Positions 1-8,952 of a stretch of 64,000 nt of DNA are shown piece by piece (position 1 is the stretch's first letter; each line of letters starts with the position of its first letter). The position numbers were made by a program, and so were the translations under genes. Origin of the DNA: Desulfobacteraceae bacterium Eth-SRB2 (GTDB lineage Bacteria > Desulfobacterota > Desulfobacteria > Desulfobacterales > UBA11574). Location of the stretch: positions 132,307 through 196,306 of the forward strand of contig RPGQ01000080.1 in assembly GCA_004193595.1 (NCBI GenBank). Direction: 5' to 3'. The notes beneath the pieces were generated by a model. That model saw nothing but the letters and a program-made list of their open reading frames with translations. It did not search any database and was not told the DNA's origin.

Positions 1-204
1 GCGGTTCGCTTCCGGCCGATGATGTTGACGGCCGCAGCCGTGGTGGTCAGCGCCTCGGTTATTCTGTTTGATCCGATTTTCCAGGGCCTTGCCATATCCC
101 TGATGGCAGGGGAGGTGGCATCACTCCTGTTTTCAAGAATGACGGTTCCGATCCTTTATTTTCTCGACAAACGATGGGAGTTTGCTCATAAACGGGGGGT
201 ATGA
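1..204 (+). CDS. C-terminal end of an RND (AcrB-type) efflux permease; the gene starts upstream of the window
   Basis: The open frame runs from base 1. The tail ...[50 protein letters not shown] resembles the last TM helices of RND permeases. Confidence 0.55.
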   Translation, partial: AVRFRPMMLTAAAVVVSASVILFDPIFQGLAISLMAGEVASLLFSRMTVPILYFLDKRWEFAHKRGV

Positions 205-575
205 TCTAAAGGAGATATTGGGTTGGAAAAAATGGAAATGAGTTGTGCCTGACCACAAGAAGTTTTTTTTGGAGGAAGCGTTGTACAAAATGAGTCTGAA
301 AGTTGCAACTAAAGAACGAAAATAATAAAATGTAAAAATTGAGGTATTTTTTCGTGCTTTTTTTTAAAAGATGTAAGATTCCACTCACGATTTATTCACC
401 TAATGTATTAAAACAATCTATGATTTCGGCTGCTGTCTTTAATCTTTGTTTATTAACATTTTCGTTACAGGAAGATCAGATTTCAGCAGAATTCCTTTGG
501 CCCTTTAGATGCAAAGAGCAATTTCCTTTCCGGTCATGTTCTTGCACAGTTCTTCAAGTTCAGGCGTCGTTTTGA

Positions 576-2582
576 TTACCTCTCGGGGTTGGCTGCTACC
601 CATGCTCTAATTTTATTCATATTGATGTTGGACCGATTAGATACTGGCGATATCCGGGATGAAAAATATTTTTTTACTGAATTTTCTTCGTATAATACTT
701 TTGGAAAAGTCACTTTCTCGTTAAGAGCAATATTCAACCGGCGGTCCCTTCCATATATGTCATCCCTAAAGTTAATAATACCATCTTTGTCAACCCAGAC
801 TGTCCAATAAAGTATATAAATTTTTATGGGGTCTGATAATAATATGGTTTTGTTTTTTTTGCGGTTGACCGCAGCAACTAATTTTTCGAGACTCCATTTT
901 GAATTATTTTGTAAAAGGTAAGCTGCAAGTTCCATGGGTTTTTCAATGCGAATACAACCGGAACTAAAGGCGCGTTTTGTCATATTAAATAAGTTGCGAG
1001 CCGGCGTATCGTGTAAATATATGCTGAACTCATTTGGAAAAACAAATTTTACTCGTCCAAGGGCATTTAAAATTGCCGGATCCTGGCGGAGCTTATAGAC
1101 AAATTTTTTCTTGGTTATCGCAGTCCAGTCAATAGATTCAGGGTTCAACTCCCTTGCATCTTCTTCCCAGTTTTCAAAAACCCTGATGTTATGATCAGCC
1201 AAGTAGCCTGGGTCTTCTTTAATACAGGGTAATATGTCATTGAGCGCAATGGTGTGGGGAATATTCCAATAGGGATTCAATTCAAGATATCTTATTTTTC
1301 GTGATAAAACAGGAGTGGGTCGCTTCATTTTTCCCACAATAGCTCTAATCGATTTTATGGTTTGCTCATTTTCAATAACATTAAGTTTAAAATCGGCAGT
1401 GTTAACTATGATATGGCGGTTTCCCAAGTCTTGAGGAAGCCAACGCCAACGTTCCATATTCAATCTGATTTGTCTGATACGATCTTCCACCGGAACGTTT
1501 AGTGCGAATAGTGTCTTTGATCCCACAATTCCATCGACCTTAAGCCCGTGTCTTGCCTGGAATCTTCTGATTCCATCTTCCAAGACTTCATCAAAATAGT
1601 CTTGATTGATGTTGGTTGAGTCTGTCAGATCACCTGAAATGGTCAGGCGTGATCGTAAATCGGCAACCCGTGTTCCATAATCGCATTTCCGCAGTTTCTT
1701 CCCGGCAGGCACTTCATGCCAGCCACCCGACTTTTTTATCTTTTGGTATTTTAATAATGTCTGTTTTAACCTTAGGTATCCGGAATGATGGGGTTGCAGA
1801 GCGTCAACAAATCCTTCTATTTTGTCATCATACAAAACAGCCTGAAAAATTTTTCCCAGCTTTCTCCTTGGTTTTTTTATGTACCAATTCAAATTGTTGG
1901 AATAAGGATCTACGACCCCTTCTGACAGATGAAATGCATATGAAAAAAAAGCATCCGCTAAGAGTATATCAAGCTCTGCCAACTTTTCAGGTTTAGGCAT
2001 ATCTGACAGTAGGTTAGATTTAATATCCGTCAGCAAGGTCAAAATATTTTTCCGGTGATAGGTTTCGGAGTCGAGTCCTTCATGGTCTGCTTCAATAATA
2101 GTCTTTATGAGAACTTCCGCTTTACTTTTCAACCCATTTTTAAAAACCCATACCGGTTTAACTTCCCGATGAAGATAAAAAGCGAGAAGTAGTTTTGGAT
2201 TGCAAATCAGTGTGGTTTTAGGGTCTATTTTATTTTGGATGACCAGGTAACCAAGCAGCGATATCAAACACTCACGCACCTCATCCGTAAAATTGAAACG
2301 ATTATGGTTCTCCATATGTTGCATGGGAATATTTATCAGGCTTTGATAAAAATTGTCGATGAATCCGCAGGGATTGTTGCACCTAATCAAGGAAAAAGAA
2401 CCGAGAATTTTGGTATTGCCGGCAAAATTAATATGATCATTTTGTTTCTTTTTAGCAAACGGAAACGAATAAATGGTTAATGAATATTTATCCAAGTGAT
2501 CGTTTAAATTCAGGGAATAACCATTTCCGAATAAGAGCAAAATGCTTCCCGACAAAATGAATATAAGTACCGATGACTTCAT
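576..2582 (-). CDS. L,D-transpeptidase (YcbB/LdtD-like) with a peptidoglycan-binding domain
   Basis: PG_binding_1-like RFQARHGLKVDGIVGSKTLFALNV and a YkuD catalytic motif HDTPARNLF...SSGCIRIEKP. The start is placed at MKSSVLIF (signal-like), preceded by GAGGA. The upstream ATG at 2621 lies inside the predicted promoter. Confidence 0.85.
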   Translation of the reverse strand: MKSSVLIFILSGSILLLFGNGYSLNLNDHLDKYSLTIYSFPFAKKKQNDHINFAGNTKILGSFSLIRCNNPCGFIDNFYQSLINIPMQHMENHNRFNFTDEVRECLISLLGYLVIQNKIDPKTTLICNPKLLLAFYLHREVKPVWVFKNGLKSKAEVLIKTIIEADHEGLDSETYHRKNILTLLTDIKSNLLSDMPKPEKLAELDILLADAFFSYAFHLSEGVVDPYSNNLNWYIKKPRRKLGKIFQAVLYDDKIEGFVDALQPHHSGYLRLKQTLLKYQKIKKSGGWHEVPAGKKLRKCDYGTRVADLRSRLTISGDLTDSTNINQDYFDEVLEDGIRRFQARHGLKVDGIVGSKTLFALNVPVEDRIRQIRLNMERWRWLPQDLGNRHIIVNTADFKLNVIENEQTIKSIRAIVGKMKRPTPVLSRKIRYLELNPYWNIPHTIALNDILPCIKEDPGYLADHNIRVFENWEEDARELNPESIDWTAITKKKFVYKLRQDPAILNALGRVKFVFPNEFSIYLHDTPARNLFNMTKRAFSSGCIRIEKPMELAAYLLQNNSKWSLEKLVAAVNRKKNKTILLSDPIKIYILYWTVWVDKDGIINFRDDIYGRDRRLNIALNEKVTFPKVLYEENSVKKYFSSRISPVSNRSNINMNKIRAWVAANPER

Positions 2583-2617
2583 ATTTTCCTCGCCCAAATA
2601 CCCTTTACAAAAAAACA

Positions 2618-2632
2618 GCAAATATGATGCCA
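2618..2632 (-). promoter_or_regulatory. sigma-54 (-24/-12) promoter-like motif upstream of the L,D-transpeptidase
   Basis: The minus strand reads TGGCATCATATTTGCT, with GG and GC at consensus spacing (TGGCAC-N5-TTGCW). It lies 36 nt upstream of the ATG at 2582. Confidence 0.5.
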
Positions 2633-2924
2633 GAATATAAATGAGATAAGTAATGTTCTGCGTCCAATTAATTTATTTCTGAGGGTAAATTCACAGGCAT
2701 TGCAATTTAATGTAGTTTTGGGTATCCTCAAGAACCTCTGTTTTAGAATGCCCGGCAACTGTTTCAATAGCCCTGTTAACCGAAATTATAATGTTTTTGT
2801 GTCCATAATTACGATCCAGTCCTGAATCGTATCTTCCATCACTGTTATCCAATATTTGTTTAATTTCTGTTCAAACATTAACACCAACTGTCCAACATTT
2901 AAACATCCACGATGTTTAGATTCT

Positions 2925-3160
2925 AAACAGTTTGACGGTTGGATAACAACAAAAAATTTAAACTCGAACTTCAATTTTACCCTGTTTTATCCAGCAACCA
3001 GCAAAGAGTAGCCATCACCCCATCTTAATTGGCATAATTATTGCTGACTTATTTACATATTAAGTGGTAAACCAATGGGGCTCAATCGGACAGGTAGTTT
3101 AGAATGGATAAAGTAGTTCTCTTAACAGATCGCCCTGAAAGCGGAACTTTGGTGTAGAGA
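2925..3160 (+). repeat. Partial third copy (right arm only) of the sigma-54 promoter cassette seen at 7117-7690
   Basis: Aligns by eye with 7460-7690: acggttg.at.aca..aaaa..tttaa...caacttcaatt...aattggcat..ttattgct...aaagt.gttctcttaacagatcg.cctgaa. It contains a 17-codon remnant ORF MDKVVLLTDRPESGTLV* (3104-3157), homologous to the start of the ORF at 7640. Confidence 0.7.
3030..3044 (+). promoter_or_regulatory. sigma-54 promoter-like motif
   Basis: TGGCATAATTATTGCT. It lies 219 nt upstream of the ATG at 3263. Confidence 0.5.
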
Positions 3161-3262
3161 GATTTTTTGGGAATGTATCGAGAAGCCAGGTTAGAAAATC
3201 ATTCCTGTTAAAACAATAAAACAAAAACACTTAGAATCATATGAACGAAGGAGGAAAATGTC

Positions 3263-3793
3263 ATGAAAAAATGCTCTATTGGTTTAATGGCTATCGCTTG
3301 TATCATCTTCTGTTTTCACAGTCCGGTGTTGGCCGGTGATACCAAAGCCGCCAACCTTTCACTGTTCGACCCTGTTCAGATTTTTGATGCCGACACTTCC
3401 ATCAAAGGGTTCCGTTTGAACCTGATCTATGGTGTTAACCAGGACATGACAGGTCTTGACATCGGTCTCGGCAACCATGCCAAAGGCAACATGAGCGGTG
3501 TACAGTTAGGCCTGGCAAATATAGTGGGCAGCGATTTTAAAGGCTGGCAAACCAGCGTGGCAAATGTGGTCTACGGTTCCGGCGCCGGTCTCCAAATAGG
3601 AGTCTATAATTATGGAGAATCATTCCGTGGAATGCAGCTGGCTGCCGTCAATCACACAAAAAAATTCAGTGGGCTGGCTATCGGTGCGGTCAACTATACG
3701 GAAGTTCTTAATGGTCTCCAGATCGGCGTGCTCAATTTCAACTGGCGTGGAGAACCTCTTAAGTTCTTTCCTGTTTTCAATTTCTCTTTCTAG
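3263..3793 (+). CDS. Secreted or lipoprotein-like repeat protein (G-x-Q-[IL]-G-x-x-N repeats)
   Basis: GGAGG RBS and a signal peptide. Tandem degenerate repeats GVQLGLANIV / GLQIGVYNYG / GMQLAAVNHT / GLAIGAVNYT / GLQIGVLNFN. The protein ends in Phe. Confidence 0.6.
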   Translation: MKKCSIGLMAIACIIFCFHSPVLAGDTKAANLSLFDPVQIFDADTSIKGFRLNLIYGVNQDMTGLDIGLGNHAKGNMSGVQLGLANIVGSDFKGWQTSVANVVYGSGAGLQIGVYNYGESFRGMQLAAVNHTKKFSGLAIGAVNYTEVLNGLQIGVLNFNWRGEPLKFFPVFNFSF

Positions 3794-4468
3794 ATTATTC
3801 TCTGAGAAAAAGGATTGAATGATTGAAGTAATAAGAACTTGTTTTTTGAAGGCCAGGTGAGCAAAAATTTAAACCTGTGTACGAGCCGGTATAAAATCAC
3901 AAACCATGGTATGAGTCCTTCCTATTTTCAGAGAATGAAACTATTTTACGAGAGTTTAGTTTAGGATTCAGTCGTTTCATTGATTGTTAATAGTTTTCTA
4001 TAATTGAGTGCAAAATTAAAGGCTGCTCCTAAACAAAAATTATTTTGACGAATAGGTTGGTGATCAATCATGTTTAAAATATTACTGATCATTGCACTAA
4101 TGATGGCTATTTTTTGTATGTGTGTTGCTATAGTTGCCTTATTTGCTGCATCTCGTGAAAACGAATTGCCGGATATCGAGGATGTTGAATTCAATTGAAT
4201 AGCTCCATGAATAATCGGCCAACCATATCCCCGATACGCAGGAAAGGGAAATGCCGGTGCAACCAAAAAATCGTCACTGCTTCCGATGGTGTTGGATCAA
4301 CGGAGTTTTTCTTGCAGTGGTGGCATTGATCAGGACGGCCGGGACGATGTGTCTAAGCATAGAAAAGTTATTCAGCGGTTTGACCCGAAGACCAGTCAGA
4401 TGTTGAGTGAGACGTCAGCCGAGGACCTGGAAAATAACGGTATCGTGCTTTTGATGAGCTACAATCTT

Positions 4469-4702
4469 GACGGCTTCGTAAAAAGTCCAATTTCTGCGTT
4501 GCGCTTCATTTCGTGTTCACTGCTGCGTACATAAGTACGCCTCATTTTACGAAATTCGCGACGCCTTGAACTTGAACTTTTTACTTTGCCGTCTCAATTT
4601 TGACTTTCAAATAACTAAATCATAACTTGTTGATTTGATTGATAAGTTATTTTCGGTTACAGTACCGCGATGCGGCATAATCTAGCTTTTTACGAAACCA
4701 TC
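4469..4702. mobile_element. MITE-like element, family A, copy 1 (composite)
   Basis: Terminal inverted repeats gacggcttcgtaaaaagtc ... agctttttacgaaaccatc, flanked by a direct 6-bp AATCTT duplication (4463-4468 and 4703-4708). An internal third TIR-like sequence (gaactttttactttgccgtc, about 4571-4590) suggests nesting. Confidence 0.6.
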
Positions 4703-4952
4703 AATCTTACCCATGGAATAAAATGCGCGAATCTATGCAGGGACAATCATCCCGTGGACGTTAGTCTGGGGTTCGGCCTTGCCAAGCGCTGGTCTAAAAG
4801 ATGGTACAACTATGCATCGTTGGGATACACTCTGTATGAATCCCGAGAAGTTCTGGAGCCGGCAACATCAGTGACTGGATGATTTAAAAGAATTGATCGG
4901 TTATAGCTTATCCTTCTTCCTGTAAACCGTTCCTGTAAAAAGGGCGATTAAA

Positions 4953-7040
4953 TCATTGTTTTATTTTTACACTCGGGAATGCATTAAGATTAGTATGCGG
5001 CAAAAAAAGTGCCGATGTAAATTCATCCATAAACCGGTTGTTACTGCTAAAGTCTATGTAAGTCATATTATTTGAAACTTCCCTGGCTTCATTTCTGTAA
5101 TCATCTGAGAGCAGGGCCATGTAAGCGCCGGCAATTGAGCTGTTACCTAAGTATTTGAATTTGTCGTGGTCTATGTCCGGAAGCAGACCGATGGTTATCG
5201 CCTTTTCAACATTAAGATACTGGCCGAATCCGCCGCTGATTAGAATCCGGTCTATCATAGAAAAATCGAGCCCCGCCTGCTCCAAAAGAACCATAAATCC
5301 GGCATATACAGCTCCTTTGCTCAAAGTTAAACTGTGAATATCAATTTCAGTAAAGACAATATCCTCTTGCATAGGCGTCTCATCCGCAAATGCTATGATA
5401 TAGGCCAGGTCTTCACCATCCTGTTTCATTCTATAATGATTTTGATCAATTTTATATTTTCCGTCCTGGCCGATAACACCCGTGAGCAGCATTTCGGATA
5501 TTAAATCGATCATGCCGGAGCCGCAAATGCCGCGGGGTGAAACATCGCCAACTGTGGAAAGAGTCGGATCAAGGGTTTCCGGATCTATGGATACTTTTTC
5601 AATGGCTCCCTCTTCTGCACGCATGCCCCAGCGGATCCCCCCGCCTTCAAATGCCGGACCGGCCGAGCAGGAGGCCGTCATCATCCAGTCCTGGTTGCCC
5701 AGAACGATTTCCCCATTGGTCCCCACATCAATAAACAGGGTTAAGGCATCCTCGCGATGAAGCCCTGAGTAAATCATACCCGATACGATGTCTCCACCCA
5801 CATAGCTGGCCGGACCGGGCATGATAAATACCGCTGCAATGGGATTGGCTTTTATGCCGATATTACCGGCCTTTAAAATCGGAAATTCTGAAACCGAAGG
5901 AACATAAGGCTCTCGCCGAATATACCTTGGTTCGATTTTCAAAAGCAGATGTGTCATGGTGGTGTTACCGGAAATCACCACATTTTTAATATCTTTAAAA
6001 TTCTTGTCTACACTGTCAAGTGCTTCGTTTATTAAATTGTTAATGGTTGATAGGGCCATGCGGCTCAATTTGGCAACCCCGTCTTTTTCAGCGCAAACAA
6101 TCCGGTTAATCACATCATCTCCACAGGCGCACTGTCTGTTATGGCCCGAGGTGGCTGCAATGATGGAACCATCGGTCATATCAATAAGATAAACCACGAT
6201 AGAGGTTGTGCCCACATCGATAGCAAGTCCCAATGATTTTTCCTGGCCGTTCCCAGGTCTGACATTTAGGATCTCATTTGAACATTTTTTCCGCATAACA
6301 GATGCCGTGATGTTCCAGTTCTCCTCCCGCATGGCAGTTGCTAATTCTCTCATCACTTTAATTCCCACACTCAATCTGTCAACATCACAACAACCGGTTT
6401 TTTTCAATCCACGGTTGAGCCGGTCCAGATCGCTGGACGAATCGTCCAAGGTAGGCGGCTCAAGCTCAAGGGGAAGCTCTATGAGCATGGGCTGAATATC
6501 TTTCACTAATCCTTTAAACCGATCTGTAGCTTTCCGGCCCATACCGGCAACTTTAAGTTTACGCTCTATAGTTTCTTCCGGAATTTTTACGGTAACATCA
6601 CCAAGCACCTTGGTTTGACAGGCAAGAATATAATTTTTTGCCTTTTCCTGGTCGCTGAGCAAAGTCGTGGGTTCGCTTTTAATATTACCGGATTCTATGA
6701 TCAATTTGCATTTGCCGCATGATCCTTTGCCGTTACAGGAGGCATTAATATGTACATCCGCAGCAACGGCTGCTTCCAACAGGGTGCTTCCTTCAGGCAC
6801 TGAAATTTCTCTATCTTCAGGTTTGAAGATAACCTTAAAGGTTTTTACATCTTCTTGGGCTCTGGTTTCCAGGTCCCAGTCCTTTTGCTTTTTATCTATA
6901 AACCAGATCGGACATGATGAACGAAATTTACAGAATATTTCCGGGTCTGGGCATTTTAGACATTCCTCACACATATAAGTATTGTACTTTAGACATAAAA
7001 AACTGGTTTCCCTGTCTGGATGATTTGCACATTTACCCAT
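4953..7040 (-). CDS. RACo-like ASKHA ATPase (DUF4445-type) with a plant-type 2Fe-2S ferredoxin domain and an N-terminal Cys/His cluster
   Basis: 2Fe-2S motif CNGKGSCGKCKL...ACQ. ASKHA phosphate motifs LAIDVGTTSIV and LFIDVGTNGEIVLG...CSAGPAFEGG. N-terminal cluster CANHPDRETSFLCLKYNTYMCEECLKCPD. AGGAGA RBS. Confidence 0.8.
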   Translation of the reverse strand: MGKCANHPDRETSFLCLKYNTYMCEECLKCPDPEIFCKFRSSCPIWFIDKKQKDWDLETRAQEDVKTFKVIFKPEDREISVPEGSTLLEAAVAADVHINASCNGKGSCGKCKLIIESGNIKSEPTTLLSDQEKAKNYILACQTKVLGDVTVKIPEETIERKLKVAGMGRKATDRFKGLVKDIQPMLIELPLELEPPTLDDSSSDLDRLNRGLKKTGCCDVDRLSVGIKVMRELATAMREENWNITASVMRKKCSNEILNVRPGNGQEKSLGLAIDVGTTSIVVYLIDMTDGSIIAATSGHNRQCACGDDVINRIVCAEKDGVAKLSRMALSTINNLINEALDSVDKNFKDIKNVVISGNTTMTHLLLKIEPRYIRREPYVPSVSEFPILKAGNIGIKANPIAAVFIMPGPASYVGGDIVSGMIYSGLHREDALTLFIDVGTNGEIVLGNQDWMMTASCSAGPAFEGGGIRWGMRAEEGAIEKVSIDPETLDPTLSTVGDVSPRGICGSGMIDLISEMLLTGVIGQDGKYKIDQNHYRMKQDGEDLAYIIAFADETPMQEDIVFTEIDIHSLTLSKGAVYAGFMVLLEQAGLDFSMIDRILISGGFGQYLNVEKAITIGLLPDIDHDKFKYLGNSSIAGAYMALLSDDYRNEAREVSNNMTYIDFSSNNRFMDEFTSALFLPHTNLNAFPSVKIKQ

Positions 7041-7117
7041 TTTGCTTATCTCCTATATTTATTTGCTAAAAAGATACTCCCGCATATGCGGTTGTCAATA
7101 TAACCCCCTAAAAAATA

Positions 7118-7159
7118 GCAAATCGACCCTAAGGACCTATCCCTTAGGGGCCGATTTGC
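7118..7159 (-). promoter_or_regulatory. Conserved leader hairpin between the minus-strand sigma-54 promoter and the RACo-like gene
   Basis: gcaaatcgaccctaagg...ccttaggggccgatttgc forms an imperfect stem of about 16 bp. On the minus-strand RNA it is followed by UAUUUUUU, which is terminator-like. Confidence 0.45.
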
Positions 7160-7226
7160 CAATTAAAAAGGGGAGAAATATGAAAATAGAGGTTGCCAAC
7201 TTAACCTCTAATTAAATCAAATAAAA

Positions 7227-7242
7227 GCAAATAATATGCCAC
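7227..7242 (-). promoter_or_regulatory. sigma-54 promoter-like motif facing the RACo-like gene
   Basis: The minus strand reads GTGGCATATTATTTGCT. It lies 187 nt upstream of the ATG at 7040. Confidence 0.55.
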
Positions 7243-7564
7243 AAATCAGGTTTAATGGATTTTTTTAAAATTAATGTTAAATGGCTTCATATGGCTCCGG
7301 ACGCTCGTCCTTAATATGCTCGCAATTCGCGCCGCTTCGGATAGGTTGACTCCTGAATCGTGTCCACCACGGTTTTTCAATAATTGTTAAGCTCATGTAC
7401 AAACCCGAGCCCCTTCTTGTCCAAAATATAAACACTTATGCTGTTCAATTGCTTAACACATTACGGTTGAATGACAACAAAACTTTTAACTCCAACTTCA
7501 ATTCTACACTTTATTTATCCATCAACCCGCAACCGGCAAGCAAAAACCCTTACCCAGTCTCAAT

Positions 7565-7579
7565 TGGCATCATTATTGC
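7565..7579 (+). promoter_or_regulatory. sigma-54 promoter-like motif facing the small-protein operon
   Basis: TGGCATCATTATTGCT. It lies 61 nt upstream of the ATG at 7640. Confidence 0.55.
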
Positions 7580-7639
7580 TGTATTATTAATTGAACCGAT
7601 GGGTAAGCCTAAAGACCTCAAGTGGACAGGGGGTTTACA

Positions 7640-7804
7640 ATGAATAAAGTTGTTCTCTTAACAGATCGTCCTGAAGAATGTGAAACCCTGATATCATGCC
7701 TTAAGATACTGTTTCCCGAGTGCGAGGTTCAGATTCAGCCAAAGCAGGTAGCCAAGTTGCAGCGTACGTCTTTGGCTTTAGAACCTTCCACATCTAAAAA
7801 ATAA
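7640..7804 (+). CDS. Small hypothetical protein (54 aa)
   Basis: MNKVVLLTDRPEECETLISCLKILFPECEVQ..., with a purine-rich stretch upstream. A truncated paralogue start is conserved at 3104. Confidence 0.35.
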   Translation: MNKVVLLTDRPEECETLISCLKILFPECEVQIQPKQVAKLQRTSLALEPSTSKK

Positions 7805-7879
7805 TGGCGGAAAACAGTGCATATGGCTAAGGAGCAGTGACAAATGACCAAGGGGGGAGCAGCGATAAGGAGGATAACA

Positions 7880-8296
7880 ATGGCATCAAACTTCAGAATT
7901 TATTGCCATCAAACCAGGGATAACCTTCATCTTAAGCTTATGGGAGACTTTGACGGTTCATCCGCCTATGAACTGATCAATACCCTAAAAAAATATCGCG
8001 GCATTGCCCGAAGAGTTTTTATCCACACATGCTTTCTTTCTTCGGTTTATTCTTTTGGTTTGGATGTATTTCAAAAAAGTTGTACGATCAAAAAACTGTC
8101 GCGGATACTGACCTTTACTGGTGAATATGGGAACGAATTGGCGCCTCATGGGAGTATTTTACTAAAACCCAAATCGGAGGTATTTCATGACAACGATGAT
8201 CGGTATCATATCAAAAAAGCTTCAGGACAGAGGACTGATTCCCCTGGAAATAAACCGGCTTATAAAGGATGTGGCCAACGTAATGAGCAGTGGTAA
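7880..8296 (+). CDS. STAS-like (anti-sigma-antagonist-fold) small protein
   Basis: MASNFRIYCHQTRDNLHLKLMGDFDGSSAYELINTLKK...FTGEYGNELAP resembles STAS-type proteins. The 3' end overlaps the next ORF by 110 nt, so the true stop is uncertain. Confidence 0.45.
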   Translation: MASNFRIYCHQTRDNLHLKLMGDFDGSSAYELINTLKKYRGIARRVFIHTCFLSSVYSFGLDVFQKSCTIKKLSRILTFTGEYGNELAPHGSILLKPKSEVFHDNDDRYHIKKASGQRTDSPGNKPAYKGCGQRNEQW

Positions 8297-8444
8297 GTAT
8301 TGTACACCGGTTTGCGTTAAGCAGAATTTGGAGCGTCTGGGATGGGAAGGTTATGTTTTAGATAATAATATATTGGAACTTATTTCTTTATTCCTTAGCG
8401 ATCAAAAAATGTATCGAAAAGAATGTAATTTTAATAGGTTTTAG
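8187..8444 (+). CDS. Hypothetical protein (85 aa)
   Basis: GGAGG lies 6 nt upstream of the ATG. No family was recognised. Confidence 0.4.
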   Translation: MTTMIGIISKKLQDRGLIPLEINRLIKDVANVMSSGKYCTPVCVKQNLERLGWEGYVLDNNILELISLFLSDQKMYRKECNFNRF

Positions 8445-8464
8445 AAATTCTGAGATGCAAGGTC

Positions 8465-8662
8465 ATGGGGATATTTATCAAAAATAATGCGGACAGGCGT
8501 TCAGGAATTGAAAGAAGGGTATTTTCATACACCCTCCATATTTCGGAACGAAGATCGGGCAAAGAACGAAGGAGAAGTTTAGGCCGAAGAAGTGGAAGGG
8601 GCATTAAGTTCCCGATCATTTTTGAACAGGCTCCATTCTCTCAGGATTTGGATAATACCTGA
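8465..8662 (+). CDS. Arg-rich small protein with RRSG-x-ERR repeats
   Basis: DRRSGIERR, ERRSGKERR and GRRSGRG repeats within 65 aa. It is the last ORF of the sigma-54-driven cluster. Confidence 0.4.
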   Translation: MGIFIKNNADRRSGIERRVFSYTLHISERRSGKERRRSLGRRSGRGIKFPIIFEQAPFSQDLDNT

Positions 8663-8952
8663 CGGCCTGAAAAAACTATTTTTTCATATTAAAAACCCCC
8701 AGATTTTTCAGACTTTAGGTAAATGTAAATAACAACAGCAACATAAAAAATTGTGATGCCAAAAATTATATACACTAACATATCATTCCGCCTATTAATA
8801 TTTCATGTATCGGCAAATATATTTAAAATCTGAACCTCTCTGGATAGATGCGTACGGTTAAAGGGTGTTCCAGCCCCTGACCATGGAAAAACTCAGGGAG
8901 GAAATGATAGGATTTATGGGCGATGGTGTAAGATATCTGCCCAATTATTTTG

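Larger units (their letters stand above)
7117..7690. repeat. Bidirectional sigma-54 promoter cassette, copy A
   Basis: Positions 7117-7580 align at roughly 85-90% identity (by eye) with 9533-9990. Positions 7460-7690 also align with 2925-3160. Confidence 0.8.

Noticed and set aside
3961-4266. 101-aa minus-strand ORF and short plus-strand ORFs (including a 42-aa signal-peptide-like MFKILLIIALMMAIFCMC...) between the repeat lipoprotein and MITE A
   Set aside because: There is no RBS or family support and the frames conflict. The region may be the decayed 5' part of the MITE-interrupted gene, but I cannot define a gene model.
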